From Octopus vulgaris (taxonomy: Eukaryota), in NCBI GenBank assembly GCA_951406725.2, contig OX597830.1, forward strand, positions 2,604,001 through 2,668,000: a stretch of 64,000 nucleotides of DNA, written 5' to 3'. The position numbers were made by a program, and so were the translations under genes. A model generated the notes under the pieces. That model saw only the letters and a list, made by a program, of their open reading frames with translations, had not been told where the DNA came from and searched no databases. Positions 11,954 through 24,955 of the stretch are shown here, in pieces (position 1 is the stretch's first letter; each line of letters opens with the position of its first letter).

Positions 11954-11954
<1 letters not shown>
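8900..11954 (+). mobile_element. R4/Dong-type non-LTR retrotransposon (RT + CCHC + REL endonuclease), 5'-truncated, inserted in (TAA)n
   Basis: (TAA)n at 8815-8899 and 11955-12020; ORF pieces carry RT and REL motifs. Confidence 0.9.
9039..11734 (+). pseudogene. R4/Dong RT-REL ORF disrupted by frameshifts (~10495, ~10750) and a stop (~11153)
   Basis: KSPGKD; YRPITCL; IDYKKAFDS; GIFQGDSLSP; YMDD; YKYLG; CRVC..HVVSKC; RHD; RPD..IDMTVP..K..KY. Confidence 0.9.
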
Positions 11955-12022
<68 letters not shown>

Positions 12023-12029
12023 TAATCAT

Positions 12030-14118
12030 AATCATCATCATCATCGTGTAATGTCCGTTTCCCGCACTAGCACGGGTTGGACGGTTCGACCGGAGTCTGG
12101 GAAGCCAGGGGCTACACCAGGCTCCAGTTTGATCTGGCAGTGTTTCTACAGCTGGATGCCCTTCCTAACGCCAACCACTCCGTGAGTGTAGTGGGAGCTT
12201 TTTACGTGCTACCGGCATAGGTGCCAAGGGAGTCTGGCATCGGCCACGATCGGTTGGTGCTTTTAACGTGCCACCGGCTCAGAAGCCAGTCGAGGCTGCG
12301 CTGGCATCAGCCACATTTGGATGGTGCTTTTTATGTGCCACCAGCACAGAAGCCAGTTGAGGCGGCACTGGCATCGGCCACGTTCAGATAGTGCTTTTTT
12401 TGTGCCACCGGCACAGGTATCACAACTATGGTTTCCATTGATATTTATTTCGATGTTCATGTTCATGTACTTGACTCAATAGGTCTCCTCAAGCACAGCG
12501 GGTTGTTCTGGAATCCAAGGTACTTTGAATGGGCTGGGGCTATGCGGGACTGGTGCAGGAAGCAGCCCGGGTCTTTGCAGTCACAGCATATCTCCAGAGA
12601 TCACGGTCCTTTGTCATTGCCTCTGTGAGGCCCAACACTCTGAGGTCATGCTTGACTACCTCATCCCATATCTTCCTGGGTCTTCCTCTCCCCCTGATAC
12701 CTTCAACTGTTTAGGAGTGACACTTCTTCACACATCTCTCCTCATCCATCCGCAGTACATGACCATACCATCGCAAGCGTTGCTCTTGCACACCACATCT
12801 GATGCTTCTTATGTCCAGCATTTCTCTCAGAGTGCTTACCCTCTGTCGTGCGGGCACACTGACATTACACATCCAGCGGATCATGCTAGCTTCATTCCTT
12901 TCAAGTCTACGCATATCCTCTGCAGTCACAGCCCATGTTTCACTACCGTGAAGCATGGGCGTTCGCACACATGCATCATACAATCTACCTTTCACTCTGA
13001 GCGAGAGACCCTTTGTCGCCAGTAGGGGTAGGAGCTTTCTAAACTTTGCCCAGGCTATTTGTATTCTAGTGGTGACACTCTGAGCATCCACTTCCACTAC
13101 TAAAGGCTTTCTCCAAGTCAACAAAAGCTATGTAGAGGGGTTTATCTTTAACTAGGTACTTCTCCTGCAGTTGTTGGACCAGTAATATAGCATCAGTGGT
13201 GCTTCTACCTGGCACAAAACCGAACTGCATCTCATCTAAGCAAATTCTCTCCCAAATGAGATGGGTTATGACCCTCTCTGTGACCTTCATCACCTGATCC
13301 AACAGTTTGATACCCCTGTAGTTATTTCTATCTAGAGCATCACCCTTACCCTTGTAGCAGTTGACTATGGTGCTGCTACGCCAGTCATTGGGTATGACTC
13401 CATTATGAACTACCTGGTTTACAATGCGGGTGACTAGGCCATAGCCCACATAGCCAGCTGTTTTAAGCATCTCAGCAGTGATTCCTGATGGGCCGGGGGC
13501 TTTACCTGGTTTCATATCCTTAATTGCATTATCTTCAAGGGAGCTGTCTATTCGGGTAGCTGGTCCCTCTACTGGGTCAACATTTGGCAGGCTCTCCTCC
13601 TCCCATTCATTCTCCACATTCAGCAGTCTTTTATAATGGCTTCTCCAAGCCTCTTTCTTTTCACCGACATTAAAAGCAAGTGCCCCATCATCCATGCGGA
13701 CACATTTCTCTCCTGTAACATCACTATTTTCTCTCACACACTGTCTAGCAATCTGAAATACCTCAGTTCTTTGGTCCTCACGTTGCTGGACATTGGCAAA
13801 CTTCTTCTTTTCTGCTACATCTTTGGCTATGTATACCTGCTGCCCAGCCTTTCTTTTGGCTACCTGGTACAGTTCCCTGCTACCCCCATCCCTCCAGGCT
13901 TTCCAGGCCTGTTTCTTTGCACTAACGGCTTTGTCTACTGCACTATTCCACCACCACGTAACTCTAGGTCTGGAAGGGACTTTGCACCATCCATAAACTT
14001 GGTCTGTGGCACTCAGCAAGCTGTCCCATAGGAATTTCCAGCTACCTTCTATGTCCGACGTCTGTAGCTCCTCCTCCCTCTCTTCAAATTTCTTGATGAG
14101 GATGTCCCTAAATCTCTG
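12030..14118 (-). mobile_element. RTE-clade LINE, 5'-truncated, with an internal deletion of the RT core
   Basis: KAPGPSG; NYRGIKLL; QFGFVPGRST; FVDLEKAF joined directly to SSG..RIQIAWAKF; LHGSETW; RLRWYGHV; 3'UTR repeats; (GAT)n tail. Confidence 0.9.
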
Positions 14119-14137
14119 ATAATAATAATAATAATAA

Positions 14138-14530
14138 GACATAGTATTAATTGAGAAAGAAAGGAAACTATGTTGGATCATAGATTTAGCAAGCCCAGCT
14201 GACAGCAAGGTATGCGATAAGGAAGAAAGAAAAGTCGATAGGTATGACAGGTTAGCTTGGGAAGTTAAGCAGATGTGGTCGAGGAAAAAGGTGGTAGTAG
14301 TATCAATAATTGTCGGAGCCCTGGTTACAATGAGTAAAAATCTAGAGAAGTGTGTGGAACAAATAGGGGCTGCAATAAGAGTGGAGCACTTGCAGAAAAA
14401 AGTACTGCTTGGAACCACTCGAATACTCCGGAAGGTGCTTGAAAAACCAGAGGTGTTACCTTAGTTCACTGGTAGTGAACAGCCAACACCATAGTGCATC
14501 TCCAGCATTAGAAGCTGTGCGAAGGCAAGG
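14138..14530 (+). mobile_element. 3' fragment of an R4/Dong-type LINE (REL domain) between (TAA)n tracts
   Basis: DIVLIEK..IIDLASPAD..K..RY..MW..IIVGAL..LQKKVLLGTTRILRKVL; TAA repeats on both sides. Confidence 0.85.
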
Positions 14531-15054
14531 ATAATAATATTAATAATAATAATAATAATAATAATTATTATTATTATTATTATTATTATCATTATTATTA
14601 TTTTTATATTTTAACATCAGTCAAATCATATGAATCTAATGATGGAAAAGTGATGTTCCAAATCAAACAAAAAATGTCGCGACAATCATTTGTTTTATCA
14701 CGGGGATTTTCAAAGCATTTTCATGGCCCAGCAAAAATTTTAAGGGTGTGTTTGTGGCCCAGCTCCTGTACCTCCTGTTCCTGAGCTTATATTGATTATT
14801 TTTTATTGCTCCATCTCTAAGATGTATTTCTATGTCCAAGTCATTAAAACAAAGAACACAAACACATCATAGCACTCGTCTCTGCAATACAACACCAGAA
14901 ATAGAAGCGCCTTTCTTTGTTCAATTTTACAATTGTTCCTTAACTCCATAAAGTATTCTAAAATGTTTGCATACTATCCTAATTAACGTAATCCATTGAC
15001 TAATTCCATCAACTTTTTCTAAATGAGCTACATACATCCATAACTTAATATTCA

Positions 15055-15250
15055 TTTCTACTCTAGGCACAAGGCCTGAAATTTTGGGGGACAAGGGGCC
15101 AGTTGATTAGTTGACCCCAGTATGTACTTAATTTATCAACCCTGAAAGGATGAAAGGTAAAGTTGACCTTGGTGGAATTTGAACTCAGAAAGTAAAGACA
15201 GATGAAATGCCACTTAGCACTTTGCTACCGTTTCTGCCAGCTTCCCACCT
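15055..15250 (-). mobile_element. SINE family B (Nin/Deu-like central domain)
   Basis: Reverse complement of gagttcaaattcc..tttcatcctttcagggttgataaattaagtac..ccttgtgcctagagtagaa. Confidence 0.75.
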
Positions 15251-16040
15251 TTCCATAACTTAATATTGTTGTAATATTGATTATAAAAAAAGTTCAGAGA
15301 AATTCCATCTTCATCTGTAGCAGTTGCAGCAGATTCTTCATTCTTGTCATCATCGTTAATAACATTATCATTATCTTCCTCATCAGAATCAGTGCCATAA
15401 TCATTGCTATCATGATCATTGTCTCATTATTATCATCATCACCATCATCATTGTTATCTTCCCCATTATCACTGCCATCCTCCATTCCCTTCCTCCCCAC
15501 AAACCAGATGGCTTACAGCAGGTCACAAGCATCACAGACGTTGTTTTTCATTCGTTTCTGGTGACTGCTTTCTTACACAAGTTACCTGTACTGTGCAGGA
15601 AGGGAGCGAGGGAGCGAGGGAGGGTGGGAGGGAGAGAGGGAGGAAGGATCTTGGTGGGGTAGATTTGATTCATCACCAAGTTCAGTGCCACCACCTGGTT
15701 CTTGGGTCTCTTTAATGGCATCCTTTCTATTGCAAGCATCGAAGCCAAGACTTTGGTCTGAGGGTTCCAGCCTTCTTCTCTTTCCACCATCAGCCCCACA
15801 AACTCTAGAAAGGGTCTTGGACACTGTATTCCTCACTCACTCAAGAAACACAATAAATGATATTTTAATTAATATTATATTGGTTTCAAATTCAAGCACA
15901 AGGCCAGCAATTTCGGGGAATGGAGTAAAACATTTACATTAATCTCAGTGCATGACTGGTACCTATTTTATCAACTTGAAAGCATGAAAGGCAAAGTCAA
16001 CCTCAGTGAAATTTGAACCCAGAATGTAAAGACAGTTTAT

Positions 16041-16204
16041 GGTACAGGCGTGGTTGTATGGTAAAAGCTTGTTTTCCAACCACATGGTTGCGGGTTCAGT
16101 CCCACTGTGTGGCACTTTTGGCAAGTGTCTTCTACAATAGCCTCAGGCTGACCAAAGCTTTGTGAGTGGATTTGGTAGATGGAAACTGAAAGAAGCCTGC
16201 CATA
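16041..16204 (+). mobile_element. SINE family A, 5' half
   Basis: tggtt..gggttcagtcccactg..ggcaagtgtcttct..ggatttggtaga. Confidence 0.8.
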
Positions 16205-16218
16205 TGTATATATATATA

Positions 16219-17778
16219 TCATCATCATCATCATCGTTTAACGTCCGCTTTCCATGCTAGCATGGGTTGGACTATTTTGACTGAGGGCTGGCGAACGAGA
16301 TGGCTGCACCAAGCTCCAATCTTGATTTGGCAGAGTTTCTACAGCTGGATGCCCTTCCTAATGCCAACCACTCCGAGAGCATAGTGGGTGCTTTTTACAT
16401 GCCACCGGCATGGGGGCCAGTTAGGCGTTACTGGCAACAACCTCGCTCAAATCCGTTTATACATGCCACCTGCACAGGTGCCAGTAAGGCGACTTTGGTA
16501 ACGATCATGCTTGTATGGTGCCCTTTTATGTGCCACTGGCACAGAAGCCAGTTGCCTGCTCTGGCAACGATCATGCTCGGATGGTGCTCTTGGCACCCTA
16601 CTGGCACAGGCACAAGTGCCAGTAAGGTGACGCTGGTAACGATCATGCTCGAATGGCGATCTTTAAGTGCCACCAGCATGGAAGCTGGTTAGCCGCTCTG
16701 TCACTGATCACGCTCGTATGGTGCTCTTTGCACCCTGTTAGCATGGACGCCAGTCATCGAATTTGATTTTGATTTTGCTTTTGATTGATTTCACTTGCCT
16801 CAACAGGTCTTCGCAAGCAGAGTTTTAGTGTCCAAAGAAGGAAAAGGTATGCATAAGTGGGCTGGTTACGCCCCTGGCATAGGCCACGAGGTTATGGTCT
16901 CATTCGGCTTGCTGGGTCTTCTCACGCACGGCATATTTCTAAAGGTCTCGGTCACTAGTCATTTCCTTGGTGAGGCCTAAAGTTCGAATGTCGTGCTTCA
17001 CCACTTTATACCAGGTCTTCCTTGGTCTACCTCTTCCACAGGTTCCCTCAACCGCTAGGGTGTGGCATTTTTTCACACAGCTGTCCTCGTCCATTCTTGC
17101 CACATGACCATACCAGTGCAGTCATTTCTCTTGCACAACACAGCTGATGCTTCTTAGGTTCAACATTTCTCTCGAGGTACTAACACTCTGTCGAGTATGC
17201 ACACTGACATTACACATCCATCAGAGCATACTGGCTTCATTCCTTGAGAGCTTATGCATGTCCTCAGCTGTCACGGCCCATGTATCACTGCCATGTAGCA
17301 TGGCTGTTCGTACACAAGTGTCATACAATCTACCTTTTACTTTGAGCAAGAGGCCCTTTGTCGCCAGCAGAGGTAAGAGCTCCCTGAACTTTGCCCAGGC
17401 TATTCTTACTCTAGCAGCTACACTTTCAGTGCACCCACCTTCGCTACTGACTTGGTCCCCTAGGTAACAGAAGCTATCAACTACTTCTAGTTTTTCTCCC
17501 AGGAATGTGGCAGCAGTTGGTCTCAGACCATTTTCAGAGATTATTGCTCCTGAGCATCTGCCACAGATAAAAACTATCTTTCTAGTTAGCCTTCCTTTGA
17601 TATTACTGCGCCTCTTATGTGTCCACAGCTTACACTGGGTACATCTTATAGAGTTTCTACCTACGTCTCTACTACAGATTGAGCAGGGCCATCTACCTAA
17701 AGGGATTTGTGGCTTGCTTGCCTTCCTATATATTAGGACTTTGGTTTAGCTAGGTTGATTCTAAGGCCCTTCGATTCT
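16219..17778 (-). mobile_element. RTE-clade LINE 3' portion (RT C-terminal region with PHD-like insert, 3'UTR repeats, (GAT)n tail)
   Basis: Minus-strand translation ..WPCSIC..CTQC..H..CGRC..LEVVDSFCYLGDQVS..AWAKFRELLPLL..; same 3' end as the 12030 copy. Confidence 0.88.
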
Positions 17779-18805
17779 ATATATATATGTGTGTGTATAT
17801 ATTAGTGTCTCTTTGTGTCTGTGTTTGTCCCCCCCACCATCACTTGACATCTGATGTTGGCGCATTTACGTTGCTATAACTTAGTAGTTTGGCAAAGAAG
17901 ACTGATAGAATAAGTACCAGGATTACAAAGAATAAGTCCTGGGTTCGATTTCTTTGACTAAAAGTTGGTGCTCCAGCTTTGCCACAGTCAAACACCTGAA
18001 GAAGAGAATAACAGTTGGAATGCCACTAAACATTTTGCCCAGCAAACGATTCTCTCAACTCAACAACATATTCAATTAATATTATATTAATTTTCCACCG
18101 ATAAATTAAGTACAAGTTGCGTACTGCGGTCGATGTAATCGACTGGCCCCCTCCCCAAAAATTTCTGGCCTTGTGCTTAGAATAGAAAAGATTATTATAT
18201 TAATTTTATATTACTTTGAAAAAAAATGTGGTAAACTTTATATAAGATACACGAGAAGTTAAGAGAGCAAGCCATTGAGATAGTCTCCCAGTATGCCATG
18301 TTTTGCCATCAATCATTGGCCGAGCTGCTGTACAAAATATCTATAACCATTAAAATGGAAGTGAAAGGGAAATTTATATCATAGCAGAAACAGATTCTTT
18401 TGTTTGAACATTCTTCCATCCTAACAATGGCTGATACAGTCTCTTGTATGTTGTTGATATAATTAATTTTATAGTTTCATTCTGTTTCTAATGAACCAAT
18501 CAACCTTGAATTAAGAGCAGGAAGTGTTTCATGTTCACAAGTAGTTCCTTGTCTGTCTTGAAACTGATTTTCCATCAAAAACATAACTGAGCAGTTCAAT
18601 AGGAATTTACTGAAATGAACGACAGACTGAAGTATCAAGTGGGAGTTCACACGATTCCTTAAAAACTCTTTCAGGTGGCAACGGTTCAATGATTAAAACT
18701 AGGAAAATAGAAAAAAGGAGAGTGCACGAGAGAGATACAAGAACACAGAGAGAAACAATGCTGTGTATATATGTATGTATATACATGTTTGTGTTTATAT
18801 ATATG

Positions 18806-18837
<32 letters not shown>

Positions 18838-18951
18838 GATATTAATTTTCATATATACACACATGTGTATGTATGTATAAATAATGTGAATATTATTATT
18901 AAAATAAAAATTATCCCAAAAAGCCGCCTCTACTCATTTTTTCAAATATAC

Positions 18952-18992
<41 letters not shown>

Positions 18993-19056
18993 CATACATA
19001 TGTATATACATACATATATATGTATATATATAAATATATATATATATGTATATATG

Positions 19057-19116
<60 letters not shown>

Positions 19117-19169
19117 ATACATATGTATGTATGTATTTTATGTATAGATGTAGATAGATATATGTGAGT

Positions 19170-19510
19170 GCTTTCTTTTATTGTTTTACTTGTTTCAGTC
19201 TTTTTACTGAGGCCATGCTCGAGCACCACCTTTAGTCGAATAAATCGACCCCAGGACTTATTATTTGTAAGCCTAGTACTTATTCTATCGGTCTCTTTTG
19301 TCAAACCACTAAGTTATGGGGGCGTAAACATACCAACATCGGTTGTCAAGCGATTGTGGGTGGACAAACAAACACAAATAACAAACATACACATACATAT
19401 ATACGATAGGCTTCTTTCAGTTTCCGTCTACCAAATCCACTCACACGCTACAATAAAAGCTACAGTAGAAGGCACCTGCCCAAGGTGCCATACAGTGGGA
19501 CTGAACCCAG
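19170..19510 (-). mobile_element. SINE family A
   Basis: Reverse complement of the family-A sequence seen at 51107-51508. Confidence 0.8.
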
Positions 19511-22344
19511 TGGTGATTATGGTGGTGGTGGTGGTTGTGGTGGCAGTGATGGTAGTGGTAGCAATGGTGGTGGCGGTGGCGGTGGTGGTGGTATCATTGC
19601 TGTTGTTGTTGTCATCATTTTTACTATTATGTTTGACTGTCAAAGTGCAAAAATACCTTTTTCACTCTCCCTTTAAAACACAATTTCTATTACGCTTTAC
19701 CAAAACAAATTTTCTTTCAAGTACTTTTAAAAAGTGTCATAGGTGCCTAAAAATGCCTGTCTTCAATCTACAGGGTAGCGATCAGAAGGTAAAAAGAGGC
19801 TCGTTTCACAAATCTTTAAAAATTTTATTCACAAACATTACATTTTCGGAAACGGCTACAATCCATAGTTCTGTCACATGACCGAATATTAGAATGCTGA
19901 GGAAAACAAGAGAGAATCAAAACAGAGAACTGAATGAAGAAAAAGAAGAAGGAAAGGAAGAGCCTAATGCAGAAATAAATGGAAGAAAATTTCCCAGATA
20001 TGAAATTTGGATGTGTGTGACAATAATAATGACATGCTGAATATTGCGATCCACTGATGTAGCAGCTGTGGAACGACAAATCTTTGTTTCATTCAGGATA
20101 GAATCTTTAGATCTACCATGATTACTAGAAAAATATATAGATGGTAGGATTTTGTGAAACTCATGGTATTTCTTTCCCACATAATGTAGTCTAGGAAAAG
20201 GTGAAGACAACATTTATGTACCTCTGTTTATGGAAAGACAGATGGGGGTTAAATTTTTATTCACATCAGAGAGTACAATAAGTTTACCATAATATATTAG
20301 GAAAAATAAACAGTAAAAAGTCAAAGCTACAAGATTATAAGATGTATTTTTGAAACTGTAAATGAAACCATACCAAAGGATAAGAACAATAGGAATGTTT
20401 CTGACTGTACAAGAGTCACAATAGCAGATTCTGGACATGATGTGGAACCATTGCTAGTTGTGTCTTTTGTATGACAGTATAGAGAAGTGGTGAAAGCAAG
20501 CTTAACAATAGGTGACATGTGGTCATCAAAGGGCATGAAAATGGAATTGTGAATTCTAATGTCCGTTGATGAGCAGAGACAAACCGGAACACTGTCCAGT
20601 AGAAGGTCCTGGGACAAAGTGCTTAAGACTAATGACACAGAGCAGAAAGCCTTGCTGCTACAGTTGTAGAAAGAAAACCACTTTCACAGTTGAATGCCAA
20701 AAAGTGTTGGCAAGTGTAATGAAAAGCATGGAAACCAAAAAGAATGACCAGCAACAATAATAAGTAGCTTAACAACTCTCTGTCTCCTGTGCCCCACCAT
20801 CGAAAACACTGGGGAGGGCTAAGGAAATAATTCTAGGGTCAGTAACACAAAAAGACAAGTAGATACCTCATTGATTTAGTCCACTGAGTTGAAAATATGT
20901 TGCAGCCACAGAATTGGAAATTTTCATCTGACATTTTTCTATGTTAAATTCATTCTGTTCTTTTTCCTGATTGATTCCCCCTTCTTTTACCAATGTAATA
21001 CAATATTACACTTAGTAGAACTGCTATTTTTTGTCCACTACACCTACTATATGAAATATAAAGTATATATTCATAATAAAATATAATATATATAATGGAA
21101 TATATCATTATATATTCTTACATCGTGTCCTCATTCAACACACCTTGTGATCACGATTTGTAAGTTTTAACAACCTGACATTAATAAGAATAAATATTTA
21201 TTGCTTTATTATTCCTAAATAATTGTAATACTGGTTTCAAATATTAGCAGCAACTTTGGTAAGCTGATTACATTGACCCCAGTATTCAACGTGTACTTTA
21301 TTTTATCACCCGCTAAAAATATGAAAGACAAAGCTGACTCTGGGGGCATTTGAACTCAGAACGTAAAAAGCTGGAAGCAATGTCACTAAGCAAGTTTTCT
21401 GGCTTGTAAAACATAATTGTGATATTAAGTCAGGTTCTCATCCACATACCATCTGATTATAATTTTTGTTATTTTAATAATAGGCAGCATATTCTTACAT
21501 CTAAAAGTTTTCCTCACTCTTCCCTTCACACTTTTATACACTTCATCTCCAGCACCATTTATCTACACCTTCCATCGAAATACTTCTACTAATCATACAT
21601 TATTCACATAACCAGATATACATTATGACAGCTTTCTTCTTAGCAAACTTCTCAGAGCAATATAAATACCATCACTTAATCAACCACCATCATATTTAAA
21701 TCATTCTAATTTATTATTATCATATTTTTATTGTAAATTATATAAAACTCTACTCAAAACTTCTACACTCTACCTAAACACCTATTTCACAGCTTACAAG
21801 TCTGTGTGCCTTTCTTTCACATTGTCAAACTGAATAACTTTTAAAATATTTCCTTATATCATGTCTTAGGTTGTTCAATTCCATATTTCATACAGTATCA
21901 GAGTTTCGCATCCTATTCTCTCTCCATCATAATTTAACTAATTTTAATTGTTGTTTTATGCATATTTTATCATTGTACAGTTAATAAGATAACCAACAAA
22001 GAACAGCAGTAATGCAATGCTTTGTAAAGTAGAAATAATAGAAATTTCTTTAATCCAATCATTGCATATCAACCCCAAACCATGACCAGCTTATTTGATT
22101 GTGAATTATTTCTCATCTTGTTTTAAATACAATAATTTACAGTTTAATGACGTCATTCGTTTCCTTTAAAATGCACCACAAACAAATCATAATTTACTCA
22201 TTTCTGAACTCAAATAAATTCTTCCTTCATTTAATTTAACACAATTCCCACTCTGATTGAGCACAATCCTATTCTTTCCCTACAAATATTTTATATGTTA
22301 TTAAAGTTACATCTCTTTCATACAATATTTTAATATTGGTAGCA

Positions 22345-22525
22345 AAATTTTGGCACAAGGCCAGCAATTTCAGGGAAGTGTGTAGGATGATTACATCAAC
22401 CCCAGTACATAACTGGTACTTATTTTATTGACCCGAAAATGATGTAAAACATAGTTGACCTCAGCAAATAAAGACAGACAAAATGCCACTAAGCATTTTT
22501 CCCTGCACGCTAGGGATTCTGCCTT
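22345..22525 (-). mobile_element. SINE family B, diverged
   Basis: ggcacaaggcc..aaccccagtac..ctggtacttatttt..gttgacctc. Confidence 0.65.
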
Positions 22526-22555
22526 GTATCATATTCTAATATCAATAACATAAAA

Positions 22556-22769
22556 GGGAGCAAGCTGGCAGAAACGTTAGCACACAGGAAAAACTGCTTA
22601 GCAGTATTTCATCTGTCTTTACGTTCTGAGTTCAAATTCACCAAGATTGACTTAGCCTTTCATCTTTTTGGTGTCGATAAATTAAGTACCAGTTGTGTAC
22701 TGGAGTCGATCTAATCGACTGGCCTCCCTCTCCAAAAATTTCGGGCCTTGTGCCTAGAGTAGAAAAGAT
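22556..22769 (+). mobile_element. SINE family B (tRNA-like head + Nin/Deu-like domain)
   Basis: agctggcagaaacgttagc..gagttcaaattc..gccttt catc..gtcgataaattaagtaccag..ggccttgtgcctagagtagaaaag. Confidence 0.8.
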
Positions 22770-24527
22770 TATTAATAACATAAATTTTCTGCATATATTC
22801 TGTAGTATGAATTCCAGAATTTTCTCTACAATAACGATGTGTTCCTCTTAACATCTATCTTTTAATTTACAAATCCTTCTTATCTTCATATACTGTAGTT
22901 TCCTTCTGTTCTTCAACTTACACCATTCCTTGATATTCTATAGATTAAAACATTCCATCATATTCTCTCGTTATACTAAAGATCACTAGAAGACAAAACA
23001 AAAAAGAAATAAGTTAGCTTTCAACTGAAATATAAACTTATGCATCAGACATGATTTTGCTATAAGCTGGTACTGACAGCTTTATCCACGTCTGCCTAAC
23101 AAACACATTTATACATGCATATAAAACAGACATATATAAACGTATATATAGAAATAGATAGCTTGCTTGATAGTTTTATATATGCACACACACACACACA
23201 TGCATGTAAGAATGTATGCATAAATATATATACCCAATATGTCTATATCTATTTATCTATCTATATGTATGTGTGTGTGTGTGTCTACACATATAAATAC
23301 CTTTTAACTTTCATCTTTTAGACAGCTGCCATGCTGGGTCACTGCCCCAATGAGTTTCTATTGAATGAATCAAACACATACTTACACTAAGTTACAGGAA
23401 CGAAAACAAGCCAACAATGGTTGTCAAATGATGGTAAGGGACAGAGACAGATACATACATTCATACATACATACGTACTGCCGAGGTGTCGAAACCATAA
23501 TGATATCCATGGGGCAGCTGACAATGGAGGTATGTGGATTGTTGGTATGGCTGTTTGTGTATATGTGGAACAGTGTTATTACACATTCTTTTAATACAAA
23601 CACATACATACATACACCCATACATACATACATACACACATACATACGTACGTACATACATACATACATACACACATACATATATATACAGCTACTACAT
23701 ACATACATGCAATGGTCTTCTTTCAGTTTATGTCTACCAAATCCACTCACAAGCCTTTGGCCAGAAGACACTTGCCTAAGGTGCCACGCAGTGGGACTGA
23801 ACCCAGGACCAGGTGTTTGAGAAGCACACGGCCACACCTGCACTCACATACATTTTATATAAATATATGTATGTATATCTGTATATTGTATGTACTCAAA
23901 ATTATTTTCATTGGCTTTATTTCAGATTAAATTTCCAATTTCTGTGATATACAACAGATGCAAACGTTTCAAGGAATTATTTCTTCAATGTCTTACACAA
24001 GAACTGGGTTTTTTCTTTTAGTTTTATTTACTTATTCTTTAAATACATTTTCTACTTTGTTCTGCTTTTACAGTATTTTTGTCCTTAAATTAAATTCATC
24101 AAAAATTTGATTACATTTTACAAGGACATGTTTATTATACTTTCTTACTCTTTACTTTTTATCTAAATTTCCTTTTTTAAAGTGTATTATTCTTCAGATT
24201 TTCTTCTTTTCCTTTTAAACAAGAGGAAAAGAGCTTATATAGTTTTTTTATTATCTTAATAAGAAAATTAGATGTTTTCATCAAAAATTTGAACTTGTGT
24301 TTTTATAAAAAGGCAGATGTCCAAATCACTATGTTATTTCAATTCTTTATTAACAAATTATTTTTCTTAATTTCATTTTGTAAATTTTAATTGAATTTCA
24401 TTTCCCAAACTCTTGTTTATTTATATATTGTTTTATATTTAAACTGAAAAAATTCATTGTATACATATGCATATATTTATCTTTGTGTGTATATATACAT
24501 AAACAGATACATACATATGTATATACA

Positions 24528-24633
<106 letters not shown>

Positions 24634-24893
24634 TGTATGTATGTGTATGTGTATATGTATATATGTTGATGTATAAGAATATATGCTTATACATACATAT
24701 ATATATATAATATACATACATGTTTTATTTACTTATGTACATATACTTATTTTATATATATACAAAAATGTACATATGTATACATCTATGCATATGTGTT
24801 TTTATATATATGTATATAAATATATATATACACACATAAATATTTATTTATATCTATCTATTTATTTCTCTCTCTCTCTCTCTTTCTATATAA

Positions 24894-24955
<62 letters not shown>

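Noticed and set aside
13066-14418. 450-aa ORF as a single gene
   Set aside because: Chimeric: antisense of an R4 fragment + (TAT)n + RTE coding sequence
16385-16755. CRISPR-like repeat-spacer array
   Set aside because: Units are degenerate tandem repeats without unique spacers, within a eukaryotic LINE 3'UTR; no cas genes
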